Shown here piece by piece: positions 25,102-34,767 of a stretch of DNA of 40,193 bases. Both the position numbers and the translations under genes were made by a program. The stretch is from positions 1 through 40,193 of the IMG/VR virus record IMGVR_UViG_3300012041_000041; one strand, given 5' to 3'. The stretch comes from a virus. Its lineage: Duplodnaviria > Caudoviricetes. The notes under the pieces are model-generated. The model was not told the origin of the DNA, made no database searches, and saw nothing but the letters and a program-made list of their open reading frames with translations. Numbering within the stretch: the first letter of the stretch is position 1; every line of letters begins with the position of its first letter.

Positions 25102-25615
25102 GTTAACTCCAAGGCAAATACTGGATTCATACAGGCAACGGATTATTGATGCTTTAGTAGAGTCTTTAGATAAGAATGGTAAGGTAGCTGGTGGAGGGTT
25201 AAGACAAAGTATAGATGTAAGGTTTGATGCATTTGCTACTTCGTTCGTGGTTAACATTGATTTGCTTAGTTATTATAAATGGGTTGACGAAGGTAGAAAA
25301 CCAGGAGGTAAGATGCCGCCAATGGATGCAATGTTAAAACATGTTGCAAATAGAGGAGAGTGGTACACAGGGTTTAAACCTATACCAAAATCAACTAAAA
25401 AGAATAAGATACCAAAAGAGAAAAAGAAGTCATTAAAAGAAACAAGAAACAGACAGTTAGCTTTTTTAATAGGAAGGTCAATAGCTAAAAAAGGAATTAA
25501 GCCTACCAATTTTATACAAGAAGCTTTGGATGGTGGAGTATTGGATAGCCTTGTAAAAGATATGTCAATAGCATTGAGTAGAGAATTAACAATAATATTT
25601 AAGACACCTGAATGA
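25091..25615 (+). CDS. Putative neck/tail completion protein (HK97 gp10-like)
   Basis: G.LRQSI, YYKWVDEGRKPG, GIKPTNF. Confidence 0.6.
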   Translation: MAGELTPRQILDSYRQRIIDALVESLDKNGKVAGGGLRQSIDVRFDAFATSFVVNIDLLSYYKWVDEGRKPGGKMPPMDAMLKHVANRGEWYTGFKPIPKSTKKNKIPKEKKKSLKETRNRQLAFLIGRSIAKKGIKPTNFIQEALDGGVLDSLVKDMSIALSRELTIIFKTPE

Positions 25616-26823
25616 TTACGATACAACAAAGACCTCAAACACTAAGCCCTGTTTATAATGACATGGTTTATATTTTGTCGTCTACCAATGTTTCCCAAAC
25701 AAACTTTAAGTTCGTTGTAGATATTTATGAAGGTGCTACTTTAGTAAATCGATTACTTGTACCTCCTCACCCTACCCACTTAACAGGGTTTGTAAACATT
25801 GCACCAGTATTAGAGGGATTAATAACACAATTCCCTGATAAGAATGTTGAGGACAATGATGTATCTGCTCTCGTAGACTTTGGATTAAGCTATCAATGTA
25901 AGTTTGGGGAACAGTATGGAAGCTCAGGTACAATATATCCAGACCTAGTTACTGATACATCTGCTTATACATGGGGGTCAGTATTTGACTATCCAGAATA
26001 TTGCACTTATTCAAGTGGAGACTATACGGCATCAGTAGCAGACCCTTGTCAGTTCTTAACAAACAAGGCAACAAGCGGAGACATTATGATAGATGATAAC
26101 GCATGGTTGTACTGGTTGAGGATTGTTAACGCTGGCAATAATGGCATGGCTAGAATAAGTACATACGATTCGAGCGGAACGTTAATACAGAACGCAGTTG
26201 TCGGTGGTTCATTTGGTGCAAAGGGTTGCAGGATTCCGTCGGGTCCTAGAAATATAAACCTTATACAGTCAGGGTCAATAACAGGATCAATACCTATTAT
26301 TACGGCATCGGTAGCCAAGTATTGCGTAACGGTATTAGATCATCCAGCTAATCAGGTTCCCGTAACTACTTCGTTTTGGTATACCATTGTTTCAAACTGT
26401 TCTCGATATGAAAAGACAAGGATTCAATTCTTAAACAAATTAGGAGGTTACGACTTTTTTAATTTCACTTTAGTAAGTAAACAAGCGTCCGATATAGAAA
26501 GGACTACATACAAAAAGAATCTAGGATCATATACGAACGCTAATAGCTATGCATTTTCACCTAGCGATAGATCAAGATCACAATTCTATACTAAGATAGT
26601 TGACAGGGTTACAATCAATAGTGATTGGTTAAGCGAAGATGTTTATAACTGGTTAGAGGAATTAGTTACTTCGCCCGATGTTTATGTAGACAATGGAACA
26701 TATTTACAACCTATCAATATAACAAACGCATCATTTGAGCAAAAGAAAACAGTAAATCAAAAGCTGTTTAATTTGACTTTAGAGTATACTATTAGTTACG
26801 ATAGATATAGACAAAGGTTATGA
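25612..26823 (+). CDS. Minor tail/tail-tip structural protein
   Basis: FLNKLGGYD.F.F and EELVTSPDVY motifs; tail-module context. Confidence 0.6.
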   Translation: MITIQQRPQTLSPVYNDMVYILSSTNVSQTNFKFVVDIYEGATLVNRLLVPPHPTHLTGFVNIAPVLEGLITQFPDKNVEDNDVSALVDFGLSYQCKFGEQYGSSGTIYPDLVTDTSAYTWGSVFDYPEYCTYSSGDYTASVADPCQFLTNKATSGDIMIDDNAWLYWLRIVNAGNNGMARISTYDSSGTLIQNAVVGGSFGAKGCRIPSGPRNINLIQSGSITGSIPIITASVAKYCVTVLDHPANQVPVTTSFWYTIVSNCSRYEKTRIQFLNKLGGYDFFNFTLVSKQASDIERTTYKKNLGSYTNANSYAFSPSDRSRSQFYTKIVDRVTINSDWLSEDVYNWLEELVTSPDVYVDNGTYLQPINITNASFEQKKTVNQKLFNLTLEYTISYDRYRQRL

Positions 26824-28910
26824 GTAGAACGTCTATAATAATCCCTAGTAGTGGCACAATTGATATGTATGATGATATATCAACGCCTTTAAATTTCAGC
26901 ATAGCAGATATACGAGAGCCTGAGAAAAGAAATAGTTCTTATTCAAAGACTATTAAAATACCAGGCACTGCAAACAACAATGTTATGTTTGGGAACATCT
27001 TTGATATAAATGTATCTGCAAGTTCTTACAACCCAAATAGAAAAATACCTTGCATACTCTTAATAGATGATGAACAGGTAATGAACGGTTATTTACAATT
27101 AACCAACATTATAAGAGTAGATAAAAAGATAGAGTACGAAGTTGTTATACTTGGTAACGTAGGCAACCCATTTAATGACATGGGTAATTTAGAGTTAACT
27201 GACTTAGACTTTAGCTCAGGCGACCACTTATACAACTATGCAACTCAAGTAGCAAGCTGGAATAATACCTGGCAGAACTTATATTGCTATCCTTATATTG
27301 ATTACGGTTTTGATCCTGATTTAAGTAAGGTAGATGTTGAGCATTTACTACCTGCGATATTTGTAAAGGCTTATATCATAAAGATACTTGAACAAATAGG
27401 ATATAGATACGAGAGTAATTTTATTGATAGTACATTCTTTGAGAATCTTATTATTCCTGCAACTGGAGGGCGTTTAATTTATAGTGATGCTCAAATAAGT
27501 CCACGTTTATTTAGTGCTGATATTGGAGCAACACAATCAGGTGCATCGAATACCTTGTTTGATATAATCTTTGATACTGAAACGATAGACCCTAGTTTTC
27601 AATACGATCCAGTAACAGGCGAATGGACTGTTTTAAATACGGGTTATTATAACTTAAATGTAACTGCAACGGGTTCGTCTACGGTCTCAGGGACTAATTA
27701 CTTTGGTTTCTTAAGAAAGCCTTCTGGGGGGGCTTATGCTGGAATAGGGGGGAATGGATTTGGATTGCAATCTGATCCAAATATTAATACTAGCGTATCA
27801 AATGTTCAATTAAACGCAGGGGACAAAGTTAAGTTTGTTCACTCTGTAACATCTAGTGGAGGGTCAATAGGCACAGTTACTGTATTAACTGGCACATTTA
27901 AAAACGCCGTGGTTAACTCTGGATTAATCGAAGGCGAAACAGTTCCATTGAATAACGCTATACCAATTAAGATAAAACAAAAGGACTTCTTTTTAAATAT
28001 CATTAAGTTGTTTAATCTGTATGTAGACATAGATAAGAATGATGATAGAAAGTTAATCATTGAACCGAGAGATGTTTTCTATTCTAGTGGTACGAATATA
28101 GATTGGTCTTACAAATTAGACTTATCTCGAGACGTAGAGTATAACCCGATGGGTGCATTAGACTTTAAAGAATTGATCTATACTTATACTGAGGACTCCG
28201 ATTACTATAATACTAAGTATAAGAATGACTACCAAGAAGTTTACGGACGTAGAAGAGTAGTAACAGAAAACGAGTTCTTGCAAAAGACTAGCACTAACCA
28301 AGTGATATTTGCTGCTACTCCTTTAGTGGGCGACTTAACGAATGACAGGGTTATACCTAGAATCTGGACTGAGGAGTCTATAAATGTAAAGGCAAAAGCA
28401 TTTAAAATGCGAATCCTTTATAGAGGTGGTATTAAAACAACTTCGAGTACTTATGACTATACAGGTCGTTTTAGTGGATCACATTTATTAACCCAATACT
28501 TATACGCTGGACATTTAGATGATGTTGCTAATCCAACACTAGACCTATGTTTTGGAGTCCCCCAAGAAGTTTATTATGATCTTGTGATATACACGACCAA
28601 CAATCTATATAACGCTTACCATAGGTCTTATGTAGAGGAAATAATAGATATAGATAGTAGGATAGTAACAGCATGGTTTTACTTAACTAAGACCGACATA
28701 GGTAAGTTAGATTTTAGAAACCAGTTCTTTTTTGATAATCAGTATTTCAGATTAAATAAGATATACGATTACGATCCTGTAAAACACGATGTAACCAAAT
28801 GCGAATTTATAAAGATAAAAGTACAAGCACCTTTTTCAGCTTCTCAAACAAGTTTAAACGGTGGGTACAATTTGAATTACGAAGATGGTTATCCAACACG
28901 AGGCGAATGA
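26820..28910 (+). CDS. Large tail-tip/hub protein
   Basis: SYSKTIKIPGT..N, IIKLFNLY, IDWSYKLD; size and context. Confidence 0.65.
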   Translation: MSRTSIIIPSSGTIDMYDDISTPLNFSIADIREPEKRNSSYSKTIKIPGTANNNVMFGNIFDINVSASSYNPNRKIPCILLIDDEQVMNGYLQLTNIIRVDKKIEYEVVILGNVGNPFNDMGNLELTDLDFSSGDHLYNYATQVASWNNTWQNLYCYPYIDYGFDPDLSKVDVEHLLPAIFVKAYIIKILEQIGYRYESNFIDSTFFENLIIPATGGRLIYSDAQISPRLFSADIGATQSGASNTLFDIIFDTETIDPSFQYDPVTGEWTVLNTGYYNLNVTATGSSTVSGTNYFGFLRKPSGGAYAGIGGNGFGLQSDPNINTSVSNVQLNAGDKVKFVHSVTSSGGSIGTVTVLTGTFKNAVVNSGLIEGETVPLNNAIPIKIKQKDFFLNIIKLFNLYVDIDKNDDRKLIIEPRDVFYSSGTNIDWSYKLDLSRDVEYNPMGALDFKELIYTYTEDSDYYNTKYKNDYQEVYGRRRVVTENEFLQKTSTNQVIFAATPLVGDLTNDRVIPRIWTEESINVKAKAFKMRILYRGGIKTTSSTYDYTGRFSGSHLLTQYLYAGHLDDVANPTLDLCFGVPQEVYYDLVIYTTNNLYNAYHRSYVEEIIDIDSRIVTAWFYLTKTDIGKLDFRNQFFFDNQYFRLNKIYDYDPVKHDVTKCEFIKIKVQAPFSASQTSLNGGYNLNYEDGYPTRGE

Positions 28911-29638
28911 GAAGTAAAAATAACATAACACCAAAGAGCAGTTCACCATTTGTAATGGCTGGGTCTAATAATATTATTGACGCTAATTTAAAGGAGGCTA
29001 TAATATTAGGAGACGGCAATATAGTGGGCGACTCTAAGAACGTTGCATTAATTGGAAGTAGTGGAAATATTATAGGTTCTGGTTGTGAGAATATTACTAT
29101 GATTTCAAGTAGTGGCAATACGATTAATCCAGGATTAACAAACGTAACGCTTCACAATACTTATGGCTTAACAGTAACCGAAAGTGATAAAACTTATAGA
29201 GGTGGTGCGGAAGAGAGAGGAGCGCAAAGTGGTGAAGTACTAGCAAACATCTATGAGATAAAAGTAGATGTGTCAAGTGCTGACATATTGCAATTGTTTA
29301 CTGTTCCTTTTCAATTATTACCAGCACCACCAACGGGATTCTTTACAGACGTAATATCGGCACAGGCAAAGGTTAATACAGTTACAACGGGTTACGCTTT
29401 TGCAAATGACATAGTAATAAAGGGAACTGGTGTAAGCAGGATGATAACGTTCGATAATATACTATTGTTCCCCTTTGCTGTACCTGCTTACTTATTACAT
29501 AGTGGAGTAAAAGAAACAAATACCAATAGTCAGTATTTAGTTAATGGTGCTTTGTATTTGTTTGCTGAAACTAGCAACCCAGTAGGCGGTGATTACACAA
29601 TGACTATTTATTTAACATATAAATACACAGAATTATAA
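28907..29638 (+). CDS. Minor tail protein with beta-helix-like G.N.I repeats
   Basis: IGSSGNII-type repeats; start at the ATGA overlap rather than 28799. Confidence 0.55.
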   Translation: MRSKNNITPKSSSPFVMAGSNNIIDANLKEAIILGDGNIVGDSKNVALIGSSGNIIGSGCENITMISSSGNTINPGLTNVTLHNTYGLTVTESDKTYRGGAEERGAQSGEVLANIYEIKVDVSSADILQLFTVPFQLLPAPPTGFFTDVISAQAKVNTVTTGYAFANDIVIKGTGVSRMITFDNILLFPFAVPAYLLHSGVKETNTNSQYLVNGALYLFAETSNPVGGDYTMTIYLTYKYTEL

Positions 29639-31332
29639 TGGCAGATCAAACATCTACTATAAAGATAAACATAGAAACTGGGGCTGGTGGTAAGTCTCTA
29701 TCTGCTTTAAAGAATGAGTTTAAGGAAACACAAAAGACCTTAGAAGGATTAGACACGTCCTCTAAAGCGTATGTTAAAACTCTTGAGAAGTTAGGAGGGA
29801 TTAAAGACCAGATAGGCGACTTAAACACTGAGATAAAAGCATTTAATCCAGAGGGTAAAGTTCAGGCTTTCGGAAATGTTATTGGAGGTCTTGCATCGGG
29901 CTTTCAGGCGGCTCAGGGTGCAGCTGCTTTATTTGGTGCAGAGGGTGAAGAGTTACAAAAGACACTTTTAAAGGTTCAGGCTGCTAGTGCTTTTGCAGAT
30001 GGGATAAAGGGTGTTATGGGAATGGGTGACGCATTTAAGGTATTGGGAAATATCATTAAACAAAATCCTTTCTATTTGCTCGTCCCAATTCTAATTGGTA
30101 TCGGCACTGCACTATTTGAATTAAAGGATAAGATTGCAATTGTAGGTTTTTACTTTGACTTAATGGGTAAAGCAATTGACGGTGTAGTCCAGATGTTCAA
30201 AGACTTAACGGACTGGATGGGTATCACTTCAAACGCATCGGACGACCTAGCAGCAACGCAAATAAAGAACGCTCAAGAAGTCGGAGCAATTCAACAAAGC
30301 AATTTCGATAGAGAGATAAACCGATTAAAAGCAGCTGGTAAAGCTACTGAGGAAGTAGAGATACAAAAACAACAAGCAATATTAAAGACTTTACAATTAG
30401 AAGTTGAAGCAATGAGAACCGCTGCAATGCAACGGGGGTCGATAACTGAGGAGGAGAAAAAGAGAATAGCTGAGATTATAAAATTAGCTGGTGAGGCTAA
30501 GGAAGAAATTGTTTTAATCAATATTGGTAAGAACAAACAAATTACAGATGATAATAAAAAGGCATACGATCAACAATTAAAAGATTTAGCAGAGCATCAA
30601 AAACATTTAGCTGAGATAGATTTAATCCTTAGACAATCGGCTGAGGACGCGAGAGAAAGGGAATATTTTGAGAAGTTAGAGAGAGATAAAAAAAGAGGAG
30701 AAGACAACTTAGAATTATTGGATGAGCAGCAAGAAGAAGAAAGGGCAATGCACCAAGAGCATGAAGAAATTAAAGTTGAGTTTAAACAAAAGTTAAGTGA
30801 AGAAGAAAGGCAACAGGCAATAGATGGGGCGCAATCATTAGCTACTAGTCTTGCAGGAATTGGAGACTTGGTTTTTGCACATCAATTAAATCAGGCTCAA
30901 GGAAACGCTAAGAAACAAAACGAAATACGTAAAAAACAATTCAAACTAGGTAAGGCTTTAGGTATTGCAACTGCTACAATAGATGGGATACAAGCAGTAC
31001 AAAAGGCTTTAAATAATCCTTATCCTTTAAACATTGTCCTAGCAGCTGCAAGTGGTGTAATGGCAGCGGTTAACATTGCTAAGATCGCATCTACAAAATT
31101 TGCAGGTGATGATGGTGGTGGTGAAGGTGGTGGAGGTTCTTTAGGTGCTGCAAGTGGTGGTGTTGCAATTGCTCCCCCTACTTCAAGTAGCACACAACTA
31201 AACGCAGACGGCACAATTAAAAAGCCTTCAATGGTAGAACAACCAGTTGTAAAGGCAATAGTAACAGAAACGGACATTACAAAAACACAAACGAGAATAA
31301 GTGGCATAGAAGAAAAATCTAAACTAGCATAA
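29638..31332 (+). CDS. Tape measure protein
   Basis: Ala/Gly-rich amphipathic helices, coiled coil and hydrophobic segments. Confidence 0.75.
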   Translation: MADQTSTIKINIETGAGGKSLSALKNEFKETQKTLEGLDTSSKAYVKTLEKLGGIKDQIGDLNTEIKAFNPEGKVQAFGNVIGGLASGFQAAQGAAALFGAEGEELQKTLLKVQAASAFADGIKGVMGMGDAFKVLGNIIKQNPFYLLVPILIGIGTALFELKDKIAIVGFYFDLMGKAIDGVVQMFKDLTDWMGITSNASDDLAATQIKNAQEVGAIQQSNFDREINRLKAAGKATEEVEIQKQQAILKTLQLEVEAMRTAAMQRGSITEEEKKRIAEIIKLAGEAKEEIVLINIGKNKQITDDNKKAYDQQLKDLAEHQKHLAEIDLILRQSAEDAREREYFEKLERDKKRGEDNLELLDEQQEEERAMHQEHEEIKVEFKQKLSEEERQQAIDGAQSLATSLAGIGDLVFAHQLNQAQGNAKKQNEIRKKQFKLGKALGIATATIDGIQAVQKALNNPYPLNIVLAAASGVMAAVNIAKIASTKFAGDDGGGEGGGGSLGAASGGVAIAPPTSSSTQLNADGTIKKPSMVEQPVVKAIVTETDITKTQTRISGIEEKSKLA

Positions 31333-31333
31333 G

Positions 31334-31945
31334 ATGGAAAAGAATAAAAAATTACCAGTTTATAAAATGTTTATAGACTTAGAAAAAGAAGGCAGTGGAG
31401 TTGATTTCATTGCGGTTGTCGATGCCCCTGCAATTGAGGAGGACTGGTTTGCATTTGACAAACAAGAGCCTTTAGAGTTTAAGTTTAGCACTGACAATGA
31501 GAGAAAAATTATTGTCGCACCTGCTATGATTCCCAATAAACTAATCTATCGCAGAACGGATGCACTAGGTGAGTTTCAAGTGTTTTTCCCACCAGAGGAG
31601 ATAAACAAGATACAAGAGAAGTTTATGCAAAACCTTTATCTGAATAACGTAAATAAGATGCACGATTCTAATAAAGTATTAGATGGAATATTTATGAAAA
31701 ATAGCTGGGTGTCTGACAAGTCAATGGGTATACACGCTCCAGAGATGTTTAAGCATTTACCAGACCAAACATGGTTCATCTCTTACAAATTTACAGATGA
31801 AAAGGTATGGCAGGAAGTTGTTAAGACTGGACAATTCAAAGGTGTGAGCGTTGAAGGCATGTTTGATCTAATACCTATTGAACAATCATTCGAATACCAG
31901 TTCGCTAATTTGATAAACGAAATTGCACAAATTACAAATAAATAA
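31334..31945 (+). CDS. Putative prohead serine protease (XkdF-like)
   Basis: VDAPAIE, PAMIPNKLIYR, N.MH, FKGVSVEG; precedes scaffold and capsid genes. Confidence 0.75.
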   Translation: MEKNKKLPVYKMFIDLEKEGSGVDFIAVVDAPAIEEDWFAFDKQEPLEFKFSTDNERKIIVAPAMIPNKLIYRRTDALGEFQVFFPPEEINKIQEKFMQNLYLNNVNKMHDSNKVLDGIFMKNSWVSDKSMGIHAPEMFKHLPDQTWFISYKFTDEKVWQEVVKTGQFKGVSVEGMFDLIPIEQSFEYQFANLINEIAQITNK

Positions 31946-31951
31946 CATTTA
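31923..31951 (+). promoter_or_regulatory. Candidate late promoter, copy 2 (TTGCACAAA-N13-ACATTTA)
   Basis: Upstream of scaffold and major capsid genes. Confidence 0.55.
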
Positions 31952-31972
31952 ATATAAATAATATCTATAAAA

Positions 31973-32629
31973 ATGAAATTCAAATCAGAGGTTATACAGT
32001 CTGCTTACGATAAAATGGAAGCATTATTTTCAAAGTTTGCAGTTGAGCCAGTAGTAGAGATTGCAGCGAAATTCACAGACGCTAAGTTAGAAGATGGTGT
32101 GACTATCATTCAATACGAAGGTGATGTTCCATCTCAAGGACAACCGATTAACGTTGTAACTCCAGAAGGTGTTTTACCTATGCCAGACGGTGAATATAAA
32201 TTAGAGGACGGATCAATCTTAGTTTGTTCAGGTGGTCTAGTAGCTGAATATACACCAGCCGAAGAGAAACCAGAGGACGAAGTATCAAACGAGCCAGCAA
32301 CAGTTCCAGCAACTCCAAACGCAGCTTCAATGGAACAAGCAGCACCTAAAAGAGTAATTAAATCTCAAGTAGAAGAGCATGTATTTTCTTTAGAGATTGA
32401 AGGAATCGAAACTATCAAAGTTGATTTATCATCAATGTTTAAACCTCTTATTGAAGAGAACAAAGCATTAAAAGAACTTAACAAAGAAATGTTTTCTGTA
32501 ATCAATGAGATCGCAGCAGAGCCAGCAACACAGCCAACTGAAAGAGTTCAATCATTCAATAGAAATGAAGAACTTAAAAAAGTACGTGAGGCGTTTAAAT
32601 CAATTACAAGCACATCAAAAAGAAAATAA
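31973..32629 (+). CDS. Putative capsid scaffolding protein
   Basis: Acidic, PDGEYKLEDG motif, C-terminal coiled coil; immediately upstream of the capsid gene. Confidence 0.65.
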   Translation: MKFKSEVIQSAYDKMEALFSKFAVEPVVEIAAKFTDAKLEDGVTIIQYEGDVPSQGQPINVVTPEGVLPMPDGEYKLEDGSILVCSGGLVAEYTPAEEKPEDEVSNEPATVPATPNAASMEQAAPKRVIKSQVEEHVFSLEIEGIETIKVDLSSMFKPLIEENKALKELNKEMFSVINEIAAEPATQPTERVQSFNRNEELKKVREAFKSITSTSKRK

Positions 32630-32655
32630 ATATTAACTAATTAAATTAAAATACA

Positions 32656-33600
32656 ATGGCAGATTATACCGTTTCAGCTCTACCAGAATATATTGAGCAA
32701 AACAAATCCGAACTTATCACAGCATCCGTAACAGGTGCTCAATCACTTACTTACCCTATCACTATTATCACAGGTGTTAAGCATAAAGAAACTATCAACT
32801 TCGCAGAGGTGTCAGCACCTTTCCAAGCTGGTGGAACATGTGCTTTCAATGCATCTGGTGACACTACTTTCACTCAATCTACTTTAACAGTAGCAGACGT
32901 AAAAGTAGAAAATGAATTTTGCCCTAAAACATTGGAAGAAAAATACACTCAAAAGTATTTACGTCCAGGTGTTAAACAAGATGTAATGCCTTTAGAGCAA
33001 TTTATCACTGGTGAGATTACAACTAAAATCCAATCACAAATGGAGCAAGTTGTATGGCAAGGTAACACTTCTTACACATTCGATACTAACTTAAAACAGT
33101 TTGACGGATGGATGAAAGCTATTGACGCTGGTTCTCCAGTAGTAGTTTCTTCTGGAACTATCACAGCTTCTAACATTATCGCAATCATGCAATCAATGTA
33201 CACTTATGCTCCTGCTAGAATCCTTTCTAAGGACTTAGAATACAGAATGGGTAAAGATGTATTTAGATTATTAGTTATCGCTTTAGGTAACGCAAATCTA
33301 TACCATGTTGCAATAAACCAAGCTACAAGCAACTGGGAAATGACATTCCCTTACTTCAACATTAAAGTTGTAGGAGTAGATGGATTGAACAACATCGCAG
33401 CAGCACCAGCAGGAATGCAAGATCGTATCGTTCTTACTTATACTGATAACTATGTATACGTAACGGATTTAGAAAACGACAAAGAGAACTTTGAAATGTG
33501 GTATTCTCAAGATGACCGTAAATTCAAATTATCTGTTGAGTGGAAAGCAGGAACAGCAATTAAATTCGCATCGGAAGTAGTTACTTACAAAAGAGCATAA
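32656..33600 (+). CDS. Major capsid protein
   Basis: 314 aa, FCPKTLE, VWQG, FDGW; biased codon usage; followed by a hairpin. Confidence 0.85.
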   Translation: MADYTVSALPEYIEQNKSELITASVTGAQSLTYPITIITGVKHKETINFAEVSAPFQAGGTCAFNASGDTTFTQSTLTVADVKVENEFCPKTLEEKYTQKYLRPGVKQDVMPLEQFITGEITTKIQSQMEQVVWQGNTSYTFDTNLKQFDGWMKAIDAGSPVVVSSGTITASNIIAIMQSMYTYAPARILSKDLEYRMGKDVFRLLVIALGNANLYHVAINQATSNWEMTFPYFNIKVVGVDGLNNIAAAPAGMQDRIVLTYTDNYVYVTDLENDKENFEMWYSQDDRKFKLSVEWKAGTAIKFASEVVTYKRA

Positions 33601-33606
33601 TTAATC

Positions 33607-33631
33607 GGGGAGGCGTTAAAAACCTCCCCTT
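33607..33631 (+). terminator. Hairpin after the capsid gene (terminator or stabiliser)
   Basis: GGGGAGG...CCTCCCC. Confidence 0.6.
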
Positions 33632-33646
33632 AATAACTTATATAAT

Positions 33647-34168
33647 ATGGCAACGTGTACAATTATTAGTGGCAATCAATTAGACTGTGCGGATAGCGTT
33701 GGTGGTGTTGCAGAAATTTACTTAACTGAATTTGCAAATGTAGCAAGTATCACAGCAACGTCTGGTGTTATTACTGCAATGACATGTTCAACAGGTAAAA
33801 AGTTTTGGACATTCCAAGTAGAAAAAGAAAACGCAACATTCACACAACCAGGTACAAGATCAGTTGAAAATGGAACTTTGTTCTACGATCAAACTGCTAC
33901 TTATACTTTGAAAAAGATGAGTGCTCAAAAAAGAAACTTACTAGACAATCTAATGAAAAACAGATTGATGGTAATCATCAAAGACAATAACGGCGAGTAT
34001 CAGTTAATGGGTCAAGTAAATGGTGCAGATGTAACAACCGTAGAAGGAACAACTGGTAAAGCATTTGGAGACATGAACGGTTATACAGTAACGGTAACAG
34101 GAAAAGAAAAAGACCCTGCTAACTTCGTAACAGCTGCATTATTAGCAACATTAACAGTACCAGCTTAA
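33647..34168 (+). CDS. Major tail tube protein
   Basis: C.DSVGGV, S.ENGT.FY.Q, D.NG, G.A.GD.NGY; Thr-rich. Confidence 0.7.
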   Translation: MATCTIISGNQLDCADSVGGVAEIYLTEFANVASITATSGVITAMTCSTGKKFWTFQVEKENATFTQPGTRSVENGTLFYDQTATYTLKKMSAQKRNLLDNLMKNRLMVIIKDNNGEYQLMGQVNGADVTTVEGTTGKAFGDMNGYTVTVTGKEKDPANFVTAALLATLTVPA

Positions 34169-34200
34169 TTTCTCTATATATAAATTTGGTTCAAAGGGTG

Positions 34201-34233
34201 AAGGACGGTAGTAAAATACCGTCTTTCTTTTTT
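34201..34233 (+). terminator. Intrinsic terminator after the tail tube gene
   Basis: GACGGTA-gtaaaa-TACCGTC followed by a T tract. Confidence 0.7.
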
Positions 34234-34260
34234 GCACAAAAGACTGATTTTGTACATATA
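34232..34260 (+). promoter_or_regulatory. Candidate late promoter, copy 3 (TTGCACAAA-N13-ACATATA)
   Basis: Directly after a terminator and upstream of 34267 and the portal gene. Confidence 0.6.
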
Positions 34261-34266
34261 TATATA

Positions 34267-34752
34267 ATGCTAATCATAAATAAGAATACTAATAATTATT
34301 TAAGGGTTACGGTTACCGAGAAAGTGACTATAAGTAGTCCTTATTATTTGTTTGTGTTTACTAGCGATATAACTAAACAGGAAGTAGTTTTTTTACAATC
34401 AAATAGTTCAATACATCAAGATAGATATGATGAATTTTTGATAACTGAAACAAGTGGAACAACAAATTATTCTAGTGGTGTAGTTACATTTTTACCAGTT
34501 GGAAGTTGGACTTATCAAATATATGAACAAGCCAGCAGCACTAATCTAGACCCTACTTTAACAGGTGGTTTATTAGAGAGTGGGATGGCAAAGGTTATCG
34601 GAACAAACGAGACTTACAGTAGATATACAGGTCAAGACATAACATATAAAGTGCACGAGAGGAATAGTTTACCAGTTAGTACATGGTTGTTATTGTCGGG
34701 CTTTTGGAATGATTTAGGTACGTGGGTAGATTCGGCAACTTGGATTGATTAA
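34267..34752 (+). CDS. Structural hypothetical protein with Trp-rich C-terminal tail
   Basis: Likely start MLIINK (the longer start overlaps the terminator); ends WLLLSGFWNDLGTWVDSATWID. Confidence 0.6.
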   Translation: MLIINKNTNNYLRVTVTEKVTISSPYYLFVFTSDITKQEVVFLQSNSSIHQDRYDEFLITETSGTTNYSSGVVTFLPVGSWTYQIYEQASSTNLDPTLTGGLLESGMAKVIGTNETYSRYTGQDITYKVHERNSLPVSTWLLLSGFWNDLGTWVDSATWID

Positions 34753-34767
34753 ATATAAATAAAGTAC

